This document shows, one piece after another, positions 1-9,486 of a stretch of 64,000 bases of DNA; position 1 is the first letter of the stretch; each line of letters opens with the position of its first letter. The notes beneath the pieces were generated by a model. The model saw only the letters and a list, made by a program, of their open reading frames with translations, had not been told where the DNA came from and ran no database searches. This DNA is from Candidatus Marinacidobacterales bacterium. GTDB lineage: Bacteria; Acidobacteriota; Vicinamibacteria; Marinacidobacterales; SMYC01. Location of the stretch: contig OZ250169.1 of assembly GCA_965237955.1 (NCBI GenBank), forward strand, positions 6,528,001-6,592,000, written 5' to 3'. The translations under genes were made by a program, and so were the position numbers.

Positions 1-612
1 ATCGAGGAGCGATCGCACCATGTTGTCTTTCGCCCCGACGTCGACCAACAGGATGCGTGGCGTACCGCTGCCGTACTCGATGGCATCGTCGAGGGTCACC
101 AGCTTGAACACTTCGTCGGACATGTCGACGGCGTCGGCGTCTTTCTTGGCCTCATCGAGAGACATCGTCGCCGGAAACAACCAACCGGCCATGGTTCCTT
201 CCTCACGCAATCGACGGGTCAGCGTCCTGGTATCGATTCCAGTCACGCCGGGTACGGATTCCGACTCGAGCCACTCACCGAGAGAACGTTCGGCCGCGTG
301 GTGGCTGTAGTCAGCAACGTAGTGTTGAACCACCATCCCCTGTACTTGGACGCGACTCGACTCGAAAGGCGCGTCGATGCTTCCTTCGTCCCGAGCGGCG
401 GGAACGCCGTAGTTGCCCATTAAAGGGTAGGTGCAAACCAGAATCTGACCGCGGTAGGAGGGGTCGGTCAACGTCTCGACGTAGCCTGCCATCCCGGTGT
501 TGAACACGACTTCGCCGACGACCGGCCGGATCGCACCGAAGGCGTCTCCGTCCATCGTCGTCCCGTCTTCGAGAACGAGTTTCACGCGGGTTGTCGCGGA
601 CAGGCGTTGCAC
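1..612 (-). CDS. carA: carbamoyl-phosphate synthase small subunit (runs off left edge)
   Basis: Manual translation of the minus strand gives VKLVLEDG...GEVVFNTGMAGYVETLTDPSYRGQILVCTYPLMGNYGVP...GIDTRTLTRRLREEGTM; GTG start approximate. Confidence 0.93.
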   Translation of the reverse strand, partial: MQRLSATTRVKLVLEDGTTMDGDAFGAIRPVVGEVVFNTGMAGYVETLTDPSYRGQILVCTYPLMGNYGVPAARDEGSIDAPFESSRVQVQGMVVQHYVADYSHHAAERSLGEWLESESVPGVTGIDTRTLTRRLREEGTMAGWLFPATMSLDEAKKDADAVDMSDEVFKLVTLDDAIEYGSGTPRILLVDVGAKDNMVRSLLD

Positions 613-723
613 GGAGGACACTGTTTCGAGCGAGTTTGACCGACTTGATGCCACAACCTATCATATCTCGTTCTATCGTCATCGTTTGCGACTATTCGGA
701 CGCGATGCGACAACGCGGAAACG

Positions 724-2556
724 ATGAACATTCTCGGTATCTCGGCCTTCTACCACGACAGCGCGGCCTGCCTCGTGCGGGACGGCGACATTGTTGAGGC
801 TGCCCAGGAGGAGCGGTTCACCCGCAAGAAGCACGACCACGAGTTTCCAAAAAACGCCGTGGACTACTGCCTGAGCGAGGCGGGCATCGAGCCGGACGCG
901 CTCGACATTGTTGCGTTCTACGACAAACCCCTTCTGAAGTTCGATCGCATCCTGGAAACGTATCTCGCGTATGCGCCGCGCGGCTACAAACTGTTTCTCA
1001 AAGGGCTGCCACTCTGGTTGAAGCAGAAGCTCCATACTCCGCGCGAGTTGGATAAAGGCCTCGATCACGGCTACTCGGGGCGGTACGTCTTCACCCAACA
1101 CCACGAGTCTCACGCGGCCAGTGCGTTTTTCCCCTCGCCATTCGAACGCGCCGCGATTCTGACGCTCGATGGTGTCGGGGAGTGGGCGACGGGCAGCATC
1201 GGCGTGGGTGAAGGCAATCATATCCGACTCCTCAAAGAGCTCAGGTTCCCGCACTCGCTCGGACTCCTGTACTCCGCGTTCACGTATTTTTGCGGATTTC
1301 GGGTGAATAGCGGGGAGTACAAGCTCATGGGGCTCGCACCCTACGGAGAGCCGCGGTACGCCGCTCTCATCCAAGAGAAACTCATCGACTTGAAGTCCGA
1401 TGGGTCGTTCCGCATGGACATGTCCTATTTCGGCTTCTGCTACAAAGACGTGATGACATCCGAGAAGATGGACCGGCTGTTCGGCGGACCGCGGCGATCG
1501 ATGGAAGGCCCCCTCACCCAAAGAGAAATGGACATTGCGGCATCGATTCAGCTCGTGACCGAAGAGATCATGCTTCGGGCCGCGACGTACACGCACGAGC
1601 TGACCGGCGCGAGCAAGCTGGTCATGGCAGGCGGGGTCGCGCTCAATTGTGTCGCGAACGGTAGGATTCTTCGTGAGGGGCCGTTCGAAGATATCTGGAT
1701 CCAGCCGGCGGCGGGCGACGCGGGAGGTGCTTTGGGAGCGGCGCTTTTCGTCTGGCACCAGCTCATGGACAACCCACGGCAACCGCTCACCGAGGGCGAT
1801 CATCAGAAAGGCTCTCTTCTCGGTCCCAGCTATGCGGATGACGCGGTTCGCACATTTCTCGATTCTGTAGGCGCCGAATATCACCACTACGACTCGGAGT
1901 CGGACATCGCTCGCGTGATCGCGGAGCTCATCGATACGGAGAACGTCGTCGGGCATATGGACGGCCGCATGGAGTTCGGTCCGCGGGCTCTCGGAAGCCG
2001 CTCCATCATCGGGGATGCGCGCTCGCCGAAAATGCAGGCGATGATGAATTTGAAGATCAAGTTCCGCGAGTCCTTCCGCCCGTTCGCGCCGTCGGTGCTG
2101 CGCGACGACGTCGACCAGTTTTTCGAAATGCGACCGCGCGAAGACAGCCCTTACATGTTGCTGGTCGCACCGGTTCGCGCCGACAAACGCTGCGACGTAC
2201 GCGACAACGGCGCCACAGGACTGGAAAAGCTGAAGCAGCTTCGCTCGACGATCCCCGCGATCACGCACGTCGACTACTCGGCGCGGGTGCAAACGGTGGA
2301 TGCCACGCGACACCCCAGGTTTCATCGCATTCTTCAGAGCATGAAGGAACGTACGGGCTGTCCCGTGGTGATCAACACCAGTTTCAACGTTCGCGGTGAG
2401 CCCATCGTCTGCACACCGGAGGACGCGTATCGATGTTTCATGACGACGAATATGGACGCTCTCGTCATCGGCCAGTTTCTCCTGAAAAAGGACGAACAGC
2501 CGCAAGCCGAGCGCTACGAGATCGACGAGTACCTTGCTCAGTTCCAACTCGACTAA
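724..2556 (+). CDS. O-carbamoyltransferase (NodU/CmcH/SxtI family)
   Basis: MNILGISAFYHDSAA, HHESHAASAF, GEYKLMGLAPYG, GRMEFGPRALG and NTSFNVRGEPIV motifs. Confidence 0.95.
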   Translation: MNILGISAFYHDSAACLVRDGDIVEAAQEERFTRKKHDHEFPKNAVDYCLSEAGIEPDALDIVAFYDKPLLKFDRILETYLAYAPRGYKLFLKGLPLWLKQKLHTPRELDKGLDHGYSGRYVFTQHHESHAASAFFPSPFERAAILTLDGVGEWATGSIGVGEGNHIRLLKELRFPHSLGLLYSAFTYFCGFRVNSGEYKLMGLAPYGEPRYAALIQEKLIDLKSDGSFRMDMSYFGFCYKDVMTSEKMDRLFGGPRRSMEGPLTQREMDIAASIQLVTEEIMLRAATYTHELTGASKLVMAGGVALNCVANGRILREGPFEDIWIQPAAGDAGGALGAALFVWHQLMDNPRQPLTEGDHQKGSLLGPSYADDAVRTFLDSVGAEYHHYDSESDIARVIAELIDTENVVGHMDGRMEFGPRALGSRSIIGDARSPKMQAMMNLKIKFRESFRPFAPSVLRDDVDQFFEMRPREDSPYMLLVAPVRADKRCDVRDNGATGLEKLKQLRSTIPAITHVDYSARVQTVDATRHPRFHRILQSMKERTGCPVVINTSFNVRGEPIVCTPEDAYRCFMTTNMDALVIGQFLLKKDEQPQAERYEIDEYLAQFQLD

Positions 2557-2557
2557 A

Positions 2558-3007
2558 ATGCTCGTTCAGACGAATCTCAAACCCGACGCGAAGCAACTGA
2601 GGCAGTTCGGCTTCATCGCCCTCGGAGCATTCGCCCTAATTGGCGCCGTGGTTCTTTGGCGTGGCGGCTTGTTCGGTTCGAGCTTCGGGGAGGCGACCCA
2701 ATCCGTTGCATACGTTCTGTGGGGACTGGGAATCATTTCGGCGCTGTTCTCACTCCTGTGGCCGCCGGCCAACCGCCCACTTTTCGTCGCGCTCGTGGTC
2801 TTGACCTTTCCCATCGGTCTGGTCGTTTCGCATGTCGTGTTAGCGCTTTTTTTCTTCGGAATCTTGACTCCCGTGGCTCTTTTCTTTCGACTGATCGGTC
2901 GAGATCCTCTCGAACGCAAGTTCGACCGCGAACGAGAAAGCTACTGGACGGACTTGCCAGAAGTCCCTGAAGTCATTGACACCAAGGACTACTTTCGCCA
3001 ATTTTGA
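2558..3007 (+). CDS. SxtJ-family membrane protein
   Basis: Hydrophobic protein with LRQFG...FFRLIGRDPL...SYW...RQF signature, directly after the carbamoyltransferase. Confidence 0.85.
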   Translation: MLVQTNLKPDAKQLRQFGFIALGAFALIGAVVLWRGGLFGSSFGEATQSVAYVLWGLGIISALFSLLWPPANRPLFVALVVLTFPIGLVVSHVVLALFFFGILTPVALFFRLIGRDPLERKFDRERESYWTDLPEVPEVIDTKDYFRQF

Positions 3008-3015
3008 GGAGCATC

Positions 3016-3330
3016 ATGAAGTCGAAACAAGACGATGTCGCGGAGCTCGCTAGTCCCCTGTATCAGAACAAACTAGATGAAGCAGAGCTTGCCGAAACCC
3101 TTCTAAGTGCATGAATCTTATGGGCTGGCGAAAAGCCTAGCTTTGTATAGTAATCAAAGATCCAATGGACTAGAGCCGGCCGCACCAGCCTCGCGTCCGA
3201 ATTCTGGGATTTCTTGAAACACAACAAGAAATGGTGGCTGCTGCCGATCATCATCGTCGTCCTTGCGCTGGGTGCGCTCGTTTTTCTGAGTGGAAGCGGC
3301 GCGGCGCCGTTCATCTACACCCTCTTTTAG
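3016..3330 (+). pseudogene. DUF5989/SxtK-like small membrane protein interrupted by a MITE
   Basis: Removing 120 bp (3051-3170) restores MKSKQDDVAELARAGRTSLASEFWDFLKHNKKWWLLPIIIVVLALGALVFLSGSGAAPFIYTLF. Confidence 0.88.
3050..3173 (+). mobile_element. IS630-derived MITE, copy 1 (120 bp, CTAG target)
   Basis: Ends ctagtcccctgtatcagaac...taatcaaagatccaatggactag resemble the ends of the IS630 in this window; three copies present. Confidence 0.9.
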
Positions 3331-3404
3331 TTGCAGACAGTCGCACCTATATGCTAGTCTGCTCTCTCCAGACATCTTTGGTGCCACCGGAGAAGGGTTG
3401 GGGT

Positions 3405-3938
3405 ATGAGCCAGCGGCAACACGAGAAGCCAGCGGCGGGTGGGCAGAATCCCAAGGCGAGTGACCGGAGGGAGTTTATCCGGCAAAGCCTCGGAGTAGCT
3501 CCACTCATGCTTACATTGGGCGGTCGCAGCAACCCCGGCGGAGCCTCCATGCATGGAACGCTGTGGAGCTCGCTTGGCACCATGTGGAAGCACAAGGGGA
3601 ATTGGTGGCGCTTCAAGAGGGATCGATGGCGCTGGAGCAAGCACTCTGGAGACCACTGGCGCGAGCGGGACGAGCCAGCTCTTCGGAAGTGGAAAGAAGA
3701 CGATTGGCGGCCTGACGATAAGGTAGTGACGACACCGAAGGACTGGGAGTGGGACAAAGCCGAAGACCGACGACAGCGAGAGCTGGCCGCGGAATCGAAA
3801 CGCCGGGATTGGGATTGGAAGCGACGTTCCGAGAATCCCACGAAGGAGCGGAGTTACGACTGGCGTCAGGACGGTGAATGGAAACGCTCGGAGGGTCTAT
3901 CGCCGCTCGACTCCGACACGAACCGCAAGAAGGATTAG
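3405..3938 (+). CDS. Trp/Arg/Asp-rich protein with twin-Arg-like leader; candidate HPr-rel-A substrate or precursor
   Basis: DRREFIRQSLGVAPLMLTLGGR leader; 15 Trp in 177 aa; immediately upstream of the PqqD-like gene. Confidence 0.65.
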   Translation: MSQRQHEKPAAGGQNPKASDRREFIRQSLGVAPLMLTLGGRSNPGGASMHGTLWSSLGTMWKHKGNWWRFKRDRWRWSKHSGDHWRERDEPALRKWKEDDWRPDDKVVTTPKDWEWDKAEDRRQRELAAESKRRDWDWKRRSENPTKERSYDWRQDGEWKRSEGLSPLDSDTNRKKD

Positions 3939-4228
3939 CAGGTTCGGGCACTAGCTGGACGGTCCCACCCACCAACGCCTTGAAGTGGCGGCATTGGGGC
4001 GACAGCTTCCTAGTCTTCAACCCCGCGTCGGGCGACACGCACTTTTTGAACGGCCTTGCCGGAGCCATCCTGAAGTTCCTGGAGGCCGGACCCGCCACGA
4101 TCGAGGAGACCCTGCATCACCTCGAGGAGGTCTCCGGAAAACCCCTCGATGGAGAGCTCACTGAGCAAATCGGCCGTCTCGTCGAGCAGTTCGATGCCGT
4201 TGGGTTGATCGAGCCTACGCGCCCTTGA
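3878..4228 (+). CDS. PqqD-family peptide chaperone, HPr-rel-A system
   Basis: WRHWGDSFLVFNPASGDTHFLN...GLIEP pattern; precedes the HprK-related kinase; true start may be further downstream. Confidence 0.8.
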   Translation: METLGGSIAARLRHEPQEGLAGSGTSWTVPPTNALKWRHWGDSFLVFNPASGDTHFLNGLAGAILKFLEAGPATIEETLHHLEEVSGKPLDGELTEQIGRLVEQFDAVGLIEPTRP

Positions 4229-5136
4229 GAATCGCCGAGCTCTCTCGAAACGACCTGGGTGAGAGGCTCGCGGGTCCCGGCATTCGGCTCCGCATCGGAC
4301 CATTCTCAACCCATCTGCAAACGGGTCTGCCGCGCGTGGTCGCGAGCCTTCAGCTCCTGTATTCGGACTTCTCCCTGGAGGACAGCGAGGGCGTTGCTGA
4401 TTTTCACGCGCGCCTGACGAGACCCTGGGGCTCGAGGCGTTGGTTGCGGCCCAAAGTCTTCTTCCATGTCGAGGGGAAGAATTTGTTCGAGCCATTTCCT
4501 CTCGCGCTTGCGCCGCCTCTTTTCGAATGGGGGCTCAATTGGTGCATCTCCTCGCGAGCGCACCAGTTCCTGATTCTTCACTCGGCGGTCGTCGAACGGG
4601 ACGGCCGCGCGCTGCTCTTGCCGGCACATCCGGGCTCCGGCAAGAGCACGCTTTCAGCCGCACTCGTTCATCGAGGGTATCGTCTGCTTTCCGACGAGCA
4701 CGTGTTGTTGCGTCCCGAGGACGGGCTCGTCGTCCCCGTGCCCAGACCGATTGCGCTCAAGAACGCCTCCATCCCGCTCATCCGGAAACTGGCGCCTGAA
4801 TTTGTGCTGGGCCCGTCCTACAACGACGTCCGCAAAGGCATCGTGACCCACGTGCGACCGCCGCTGGATAGCGTCGCTCGGGCGAGCGAGACCGCATTAC
4901 CGGGCGCAGTCGTTTTTCCTCGCTTCGAGGCAGCGAGTCCGACGCGACTCGAACCGGCTGACAAAGCGGAAGCGATGATGGAGCTCGTCGACAACAGCGT
5001 CAACTACGGCCTTTGGGGCGCCCACGGCTTCGAAACTCTAGCGAACCTCGTCGACACGACTCCGTGCTACTTCTTCGAGCATAGCGACCTCGACGAAGCG
5101 TTGGACACGCTCGAGGGCATCGAGACCCGGTCATGA
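4225..5136 (+). CDS. HprK-related kinase A
   Basis: FEWGLNWCI, LHSAVVERDGRALLLPAHPGSGKSTL (P-loop), LLSDE, PRPIALKN. Confidence 0.9.
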   Translation: MRIAELSRNDLGERLAGPGIRLRIGPFSTHLQTGLPRVVASLQLLYSDFSLEDSEGVADFHARLTRPWGSRRWLRPKVFFHVEGKNLFEPFPLALAPPLFEWGLNWCISSRAHQFLILHSAVVERDGRALLLPAHPGSGKSTLSAALVHRGYRLLSDEHVLLRPEDGLVVPVPRPIALKNASIPLIRKLAPEFVLGPSYNDVRKGIVTHVRPPLDSVARASETALPGAVVFPRFEAASPTRLEPADKAEAMMELVDNSVNYGLWGAHGFETLANLVDTTPCYFFEHSDLDEALDTLEGIETRS

Positions 5137-6209
5137 TTGTCATGCAAGACCGCAGTCAGCTTCTCGACGTCGTGACGCACCATCGGGACCCCACGAGCCT
5201 CGACCTTCCCCAGTGGGACTCCTTGCTGGTCGAAGCACGCAACGCCTGGATTTTGGCGAGTTTGGGTTTTCGCTTCGAGAAACTCGGTTGGTTGGAGCGG
5301 CTGCCTGCCGACGTTCTCAGCCAGATCCAGACCGAGTGCGCCATCGCCGTAGAGAACCAACGTTCTCTCCGCTGGGAGGTCAATCGTATCCAGCGTGCTC
5401 TCGCGGAGCTCGACGTTCCGGTCATCTTGCTCAAGGGAGCGGCGTACATCTTTGCCGGTCTCCCCCCGGCTCCGGGACGCGTCGCTACCGACGTCGACAT
5501 CCTCGTACCGAAGGAACGGCTCGCGGATGTCGAACACGCTCTGATGGAAGGAGGGTGGGAGACGATGAAGCTCGACGCCTACGATCAGCGCTACTACCGG
5601 ACGTGGATGCACGAGTTGCCCCCGCTTTGCCATCGGGATCGGGACGTCGTCGTCGACGTGCACCACAACATCCTGCCGAAAACCGGTCGCCTTCATCCGG
5701 ATCCGCGTGAGCTCGTCAAATCCTCCACGTCCGTGGACGGCGAGCGTCTAAGGGTTCTCGCTCCCGACGACATGGTGCTGCACAGCGCCGCACACTTGTT
5801 TCAGGACGGCGAGCTCAACGGCGGTCTGCGCGATCTTCTCGACCTCGATAGCTTGTTTCGACATTTTGGGGCCGATGAGAGTTTTTGGGGCGGGTTGCTA
5901 TCGCGAGCTCAGAGTATGGATCTCGAGAGGCCGCTCTTCTACGCGCTGCGGTACTGTGAACAGTGGCTCGGCACGCCCGTGCCCGATACCTCGACTTTGA
6001 AACGGCCACGAGCACCCGCTCTTGCGATCATGGATGCTTTGACGCGCCGTGCCGTGATGCCAGACGGCTGGGAGCCCCACTCTCTACGAACGCAATTGGC
6101 CCGGTGGCTCCTTTACGTCCGCTCCCACTGGCTTCGCATGCCGCCCGTTTTGCTGACGCGCCACCTCCTGAGGAAAGCCTGGGCCCGAACCCGCTTGCAA
6201 AGTTCTTGA
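5133..6209 (+). CDS. nucleotidyltransferase family protein (NTP_transf_5-like)
   Basis: LLKGAAY...DVDILVP, YYRTWMHELPP, LYVRSHWLRMP motifs. Confidence 0.88.
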   Translation: MIVMQDRSQLLDVVTHHRDPTSLDLPQWDSLLVEARNAWILASLGFRFEKLGWLERLPADVLSQIQTECAIAVENQRSLRWEVNRIQRALAELDVPVILLKGAAYIFAGLPPAPGRVATDVDILVPKERLADVEHALMEGGWETMKLDAYDQRYYRTWMHELPPLCHRDRDVVVDVHHNILPKTGRLHPDPRELVKSSTSVDGERLRVLAPDDMVLHSAAHLFQDGELNGGLRDLLDLDSLFRHFGADESFWGGLLSRAQSMDLERPLFYALRYCEQWLGTPVPDTSTLKRPRAPALAIMDALTRRAVMPDGWEPHSLRTQLARWLLYVRSHWLRMPPVLLTRHLLRKAWARTRLQSS

Positions 6210-6797
6210 CTTCACATCCGAGACCTGATACAAAACTCACTATCCCTTCACCCAACCAGGGGAAATTTCGTAGCAGGCGCTGTATGTGGCTGCTTGAGTA
6301 CGTGTGACTAATCGGGGGATTGCCACACTTCACTGACCCGGGCCGGGGGTTAGTGGCGAGAGATGAAATCGGTCGCATCTCTCGCCCGCTGGAGCTTGTT
6401 CCGGCGGACCCGGTTATCCCGACCCAAAAACTTAGGGACTTATACCTATGGCTTGACACGCGCCCGCCGCTTCCGGTGGGCGGCGAGGCTGGATTTGGCA
6501 TGGCGCTTGCGCTTGCGCTTCCGCTCGTCGTCACCGTCCTGCGGCTTAGGTTTGATTTTTTTGGTGCGTGGTAGCGGGCGTTTTTCTAAGCAAGTCATTT
6601 ATTTACAACTGCTTAGGTACGAGGTGTGGATCGTAATAAGTCATCGTGTCTCCCGTTGGGAGACAGCCGGACGAGCCCGGCCTCGGTGAGTTCGGGCGCT
6701 GTGGGCTGCGCCAGCAGCCCAGCCATGTAGCGGCGGCGGATTTCCCTGTTTCCTAGCGGCTTCCGTGTTCCACTATCGCCCTTATGGGGTTGTCAAG

Positions 6798-7986
6798 CTA
6801 GTCCCATGGAACAGAAAAAGATAGACAACACCGGCCCTTCTGTGATCTGCTAAATGCATGAAACACAAGGGCCGGCGAAAAGCCGAATTGAAGCTGTCGT
6901 CTCAAGAAAGCGAAGCGCTGACGCGACTGGCGCGACGCAGCCGTAGTTCGCCGCACCAAGCCTTCCGAGCGAAGATCGTGCTGGATTGCGCGGCGGGTCT
7001 GACGAATATGGAAGTTGCTAGGAAGATGCACACCATGAGGAGCACGGTGGGCAAGTGGCGAAGACGCTTTGTAGAACAACGAATGGAAGGGTTGTACGAC
7101 GAACCTCGGCCGGGAGCGGCTCGCAAAATCGGCGATGACCAGATCGAGGAAGTCGTGACCAAGACGCTGGAGACGACTCCAAAGGGGAGAACCCATTGGA
7201 GTACGCGCTCGATGGCCAAGCATCTTGGGCTGAGTCATTCGACGATTGGACGTATTTGGCGAACGTTCGGGCTTCAACCGCACCGCTCGGAATCGTTTCG
7301 TCTCTCGCAAGACCCACAACTGGTCGAAAAAGTACGCGACGTTGTTGGCCTGTATATGAACCCACCGGATAACGCGGTCGTCCTGTGCGTCGACGAGAAA
7401 TCGCAGATTCAAGCGCTCGAGCGTGCTCAACCTGTCCTGCCCATGAGCTTGGGCCAGCCCGAGCGACAAACCCACGACTACATTCGGCATGGAACGACTG
7501 ACCTGTTTGCCGCACTCGACGCCGCAACAGGTGAAGTCTTCGGAAAGTGCTACGCGCGACATCGAGCGCTAGAGTTCAAGAAGTTCCTCGCTGAGATCGA
7601 AGCAGCCGTTCCCAGCGAGTTGGACATCCACGTCGTGCTCGACAATCTCGCCACGCACAAGACACCGGCGATCAAACGCTGGCTTTCCAAGCGACCTCGG
7701 TTCCACTTTCACTTCACACCGACACACGCCTCTTGGCTCAACTTCGCTGAGCGCTTCTTTGGCTTGCTCACCGAACACGCCTTGCGACGAGGCTCGCACA
7801 CGAGCGTGCCTCAGCTCCGCGTTGCGATACAAGACTATCTCGATGCTCACAACGAGAACCCAAAGCCGTTCAAGTGGACGAAATCCGCCGACCAAATCCT
7901 CGAAACCATCGCTCGGTTCGCCCAGCGAACGCTCGATACACATGGCAAATCGAATTTGGACAGTAATTAAAGATCCAGGGGACTAG
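6798..7986 (+). mobile_element. IS630-family insertion sequence, copy 1
   Basis: CTAG/TA target at both ends, short TIRs (ctagtccc...gggactag), 1185-bp unit; near-identical copy at 11819. Confidence 0.95.
6858..7970 (+). CDS. IS630 transposase
   Basis: HTH region, [39 protein letters not shown] (DDE). Confidence 0.96.
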   Translation: MKHKGRRKAELKLSSQESEALTRLARRSRSSPHQAFRAKIVLDCAAGLTNMEVARKMHTMRSTVGKWRRRFVEQRMEGLYDEPRPGAARKIGDDQIEEVVTKTLETTPKGRTHWSTRSMAKHLGLSHSTIGRIWRTFGLQPHRSESFRLSQDPQLVEKVRDVVGLYMNPPDNAVVLCVDEKSQIQALERAQPVLPMSLGQPERQTHDYIRHGTTDLFAALDAATGEVFGKCYARHRALEFKKFLAEIEAAVPSELDIHVVLDNLATHKTPAIKRWLSKRPRFHFHFTPTHASWLNFAERFFGLLTEHALRRGSHTSVPQLRVAIQDYLDAHNENPKPFKWTKSADQILETIARFAQRTLDTHGKSNLDSN

Positions 7987-8029
7987 AGGTATAAGTCCCA
8001 AAACTTAATAGTTTTGTATCTAGGGTAAA

Positions 8030-9450
8030 GTGAGCGGGCTATTTCTCTCGACACCGTCGGTTCGCACTCTCACGTGCGTTTTGGTCGACGTGCTGATCAT
8101 CGTGCTAACGCTGTGGATCGCGGTCGTTGTGCGGCTGAGTCAATTCCCGGAGCACGGGCTCCTGCGGGCGGCGATATTCGTCGTCGCCCTCCTGCTCGCG
8201 TTCTACTACAACGATCTCTACGGGGGTCGCGCGCCACGAAATGTAACCGATCTTACCCTTCGCGTGATCAAGTCGTTCGTCGCCGGCAGCATTTTTCTGG
8301 CGCTGGTGTACTACGTGTTACCGGAGCTCGTGCTAGGACGCGGCACCCTGCTCATTCATGCGCCCATCTTGCTGGCAGCGTTTCTCGCTTGGCGGGTCAG
8401 CTACTACTGGGCCTCCAGAGGGAGTCGTTTGTCGAGAACGTTCTCATCCTCGGCACCGGCAGCTCGGCGATCGGTCTGGCGAAGGAACTGCTCCAACACC
8501 GAAAAGAAGGCTATCGTATCGTCGGCTTCCTCGGACAGGACCCGAGCGAAGTGGGCAACTCGATTCTGAATCCGACCGTCGTCGGGACGTTCGACGATCT
8601 TCTGCCGATCACCGACCGGATGAACGTCCACTCCGTCGTCGTCGCTCTCGAGGAGCAACGCGGGAAGCTTCCGCTGTCCGATCTCCTCGCCTGCAAGCTG
8701 AAGGGCGTCGGTATTGCCCAAGGCGCCGACTTCTACGAAGTGGTCACCGGCCAATTGCCTGTGCGGAATCTCCGTCCGAGCTCTCTCATTTTCGCGACGG
8801 GTTTCCGGAAGCCGCGCTTTTTCAATTCGACCCGGCGGGTGGTAGAGTTCGTGCTCGCGCTTTTGGGCCTCGCCGTGTCACTGCCTATTCTGGCGCTCGC
8901 AGCTCTCGGAATCTGGCTAGAAGATGGGCTTCCCGTCTTGTTCCGGCAGGAGCGCGTTGGCCAGCGCGGCAAGAATTTCGTGCTGTACAAGCTCCGGACG
9001 ATGAGAAAAGACGCCGAAAAGGCGGGGGCGGTCTGGGCTTCCGCGAACGGCGATCCACGCATCACGCGCTTTGGGAACTTTCTGCGCAAATCTCGCATCG
9101 ACGAGCTTCCCCAGCTCTACAACGTCCTTCGAGGTGACATGAGCTTCGGGTAGTGTCGCAGTTTGAAACAAACTGAGACACTACCGAGCTTCGTCGGCCC
9201 TCGCCCTGAGCGTCCGTGCTTCGTGGAAGAGCTAGCGGCGCACATCCCCTACTACGGTGAGCGCCACACGGTGAAGCCGGGCATCACCGGGTGGGCGCAG
9301 GTGCGCCACGGCTACAGCTCGACCGTGGAGGAATCCGAGGTCAAGCTCCGCTACGATCTGTACTACATCAAGAACGTGACCCTCTGGCTCGACGTCCAGA
9401 TCGTCCTCGATACCTTGAAGGTCATTCTCTTCGGACGCGGCGCGCGCTAA
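8030..9450 (+). pseudogene. PEP-CTERM/XrtA-associated sugar transferase (priming glycosyltransferase), disrupted
   Basis: Membrane N-terminus, ILGTG, FRQERVGQ, KLRTM, SRIDELPQL, GDMSF|VGPRPE, KPGITGWAQV; frameshift near 8412 and 45-bp insertion with a stop near 9149. Confidence 0.88.
9149..9185. mobile_element. 37-bp hairpin mini-element with 8-bp target duplication
   Basis: ggtagtgtcgcagtttg-aaa-caaactgagacactacc (16/17 inverted repeat); gagcttcg duplicated at 9141-9148 and 9186-9193. Confidence 0.85.
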
Positions 9451-9486
9451 CCTCCATTCTGCGTTAGCATTCCCTTATAGGATTCC

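Larger units (their letters stand above)
6435..7999. mobile_element. non-autonomous element (380 bp without the nested IS630) with 24-bp TIRs and 8-bp target duplication; IS1595-like MITE
   Basis: Left gggacttatacctatggcttgaca versus reconstructed right tgtcaagctagaggtataagtccc (22/24 match); direct repeat aaaactta at 6427-6434 and 8000-8007. Confidence 0.82.

Noticed and set aside
724-3330. Saxitoxin biosynthesis cluster
   Set aside because: Only sxtI/J/K-like homologs are present, with no sxtA, sxtG or other core genes; the trio is widespread.
6435-7999. Invertible promoter (phase-variation switch) upstream of the EPS genes
   Set aside because: The inverted repeats are bounded by a perfect 8-bp direct repeat, which points to a transposition insertion, and no recombinase is nearby.
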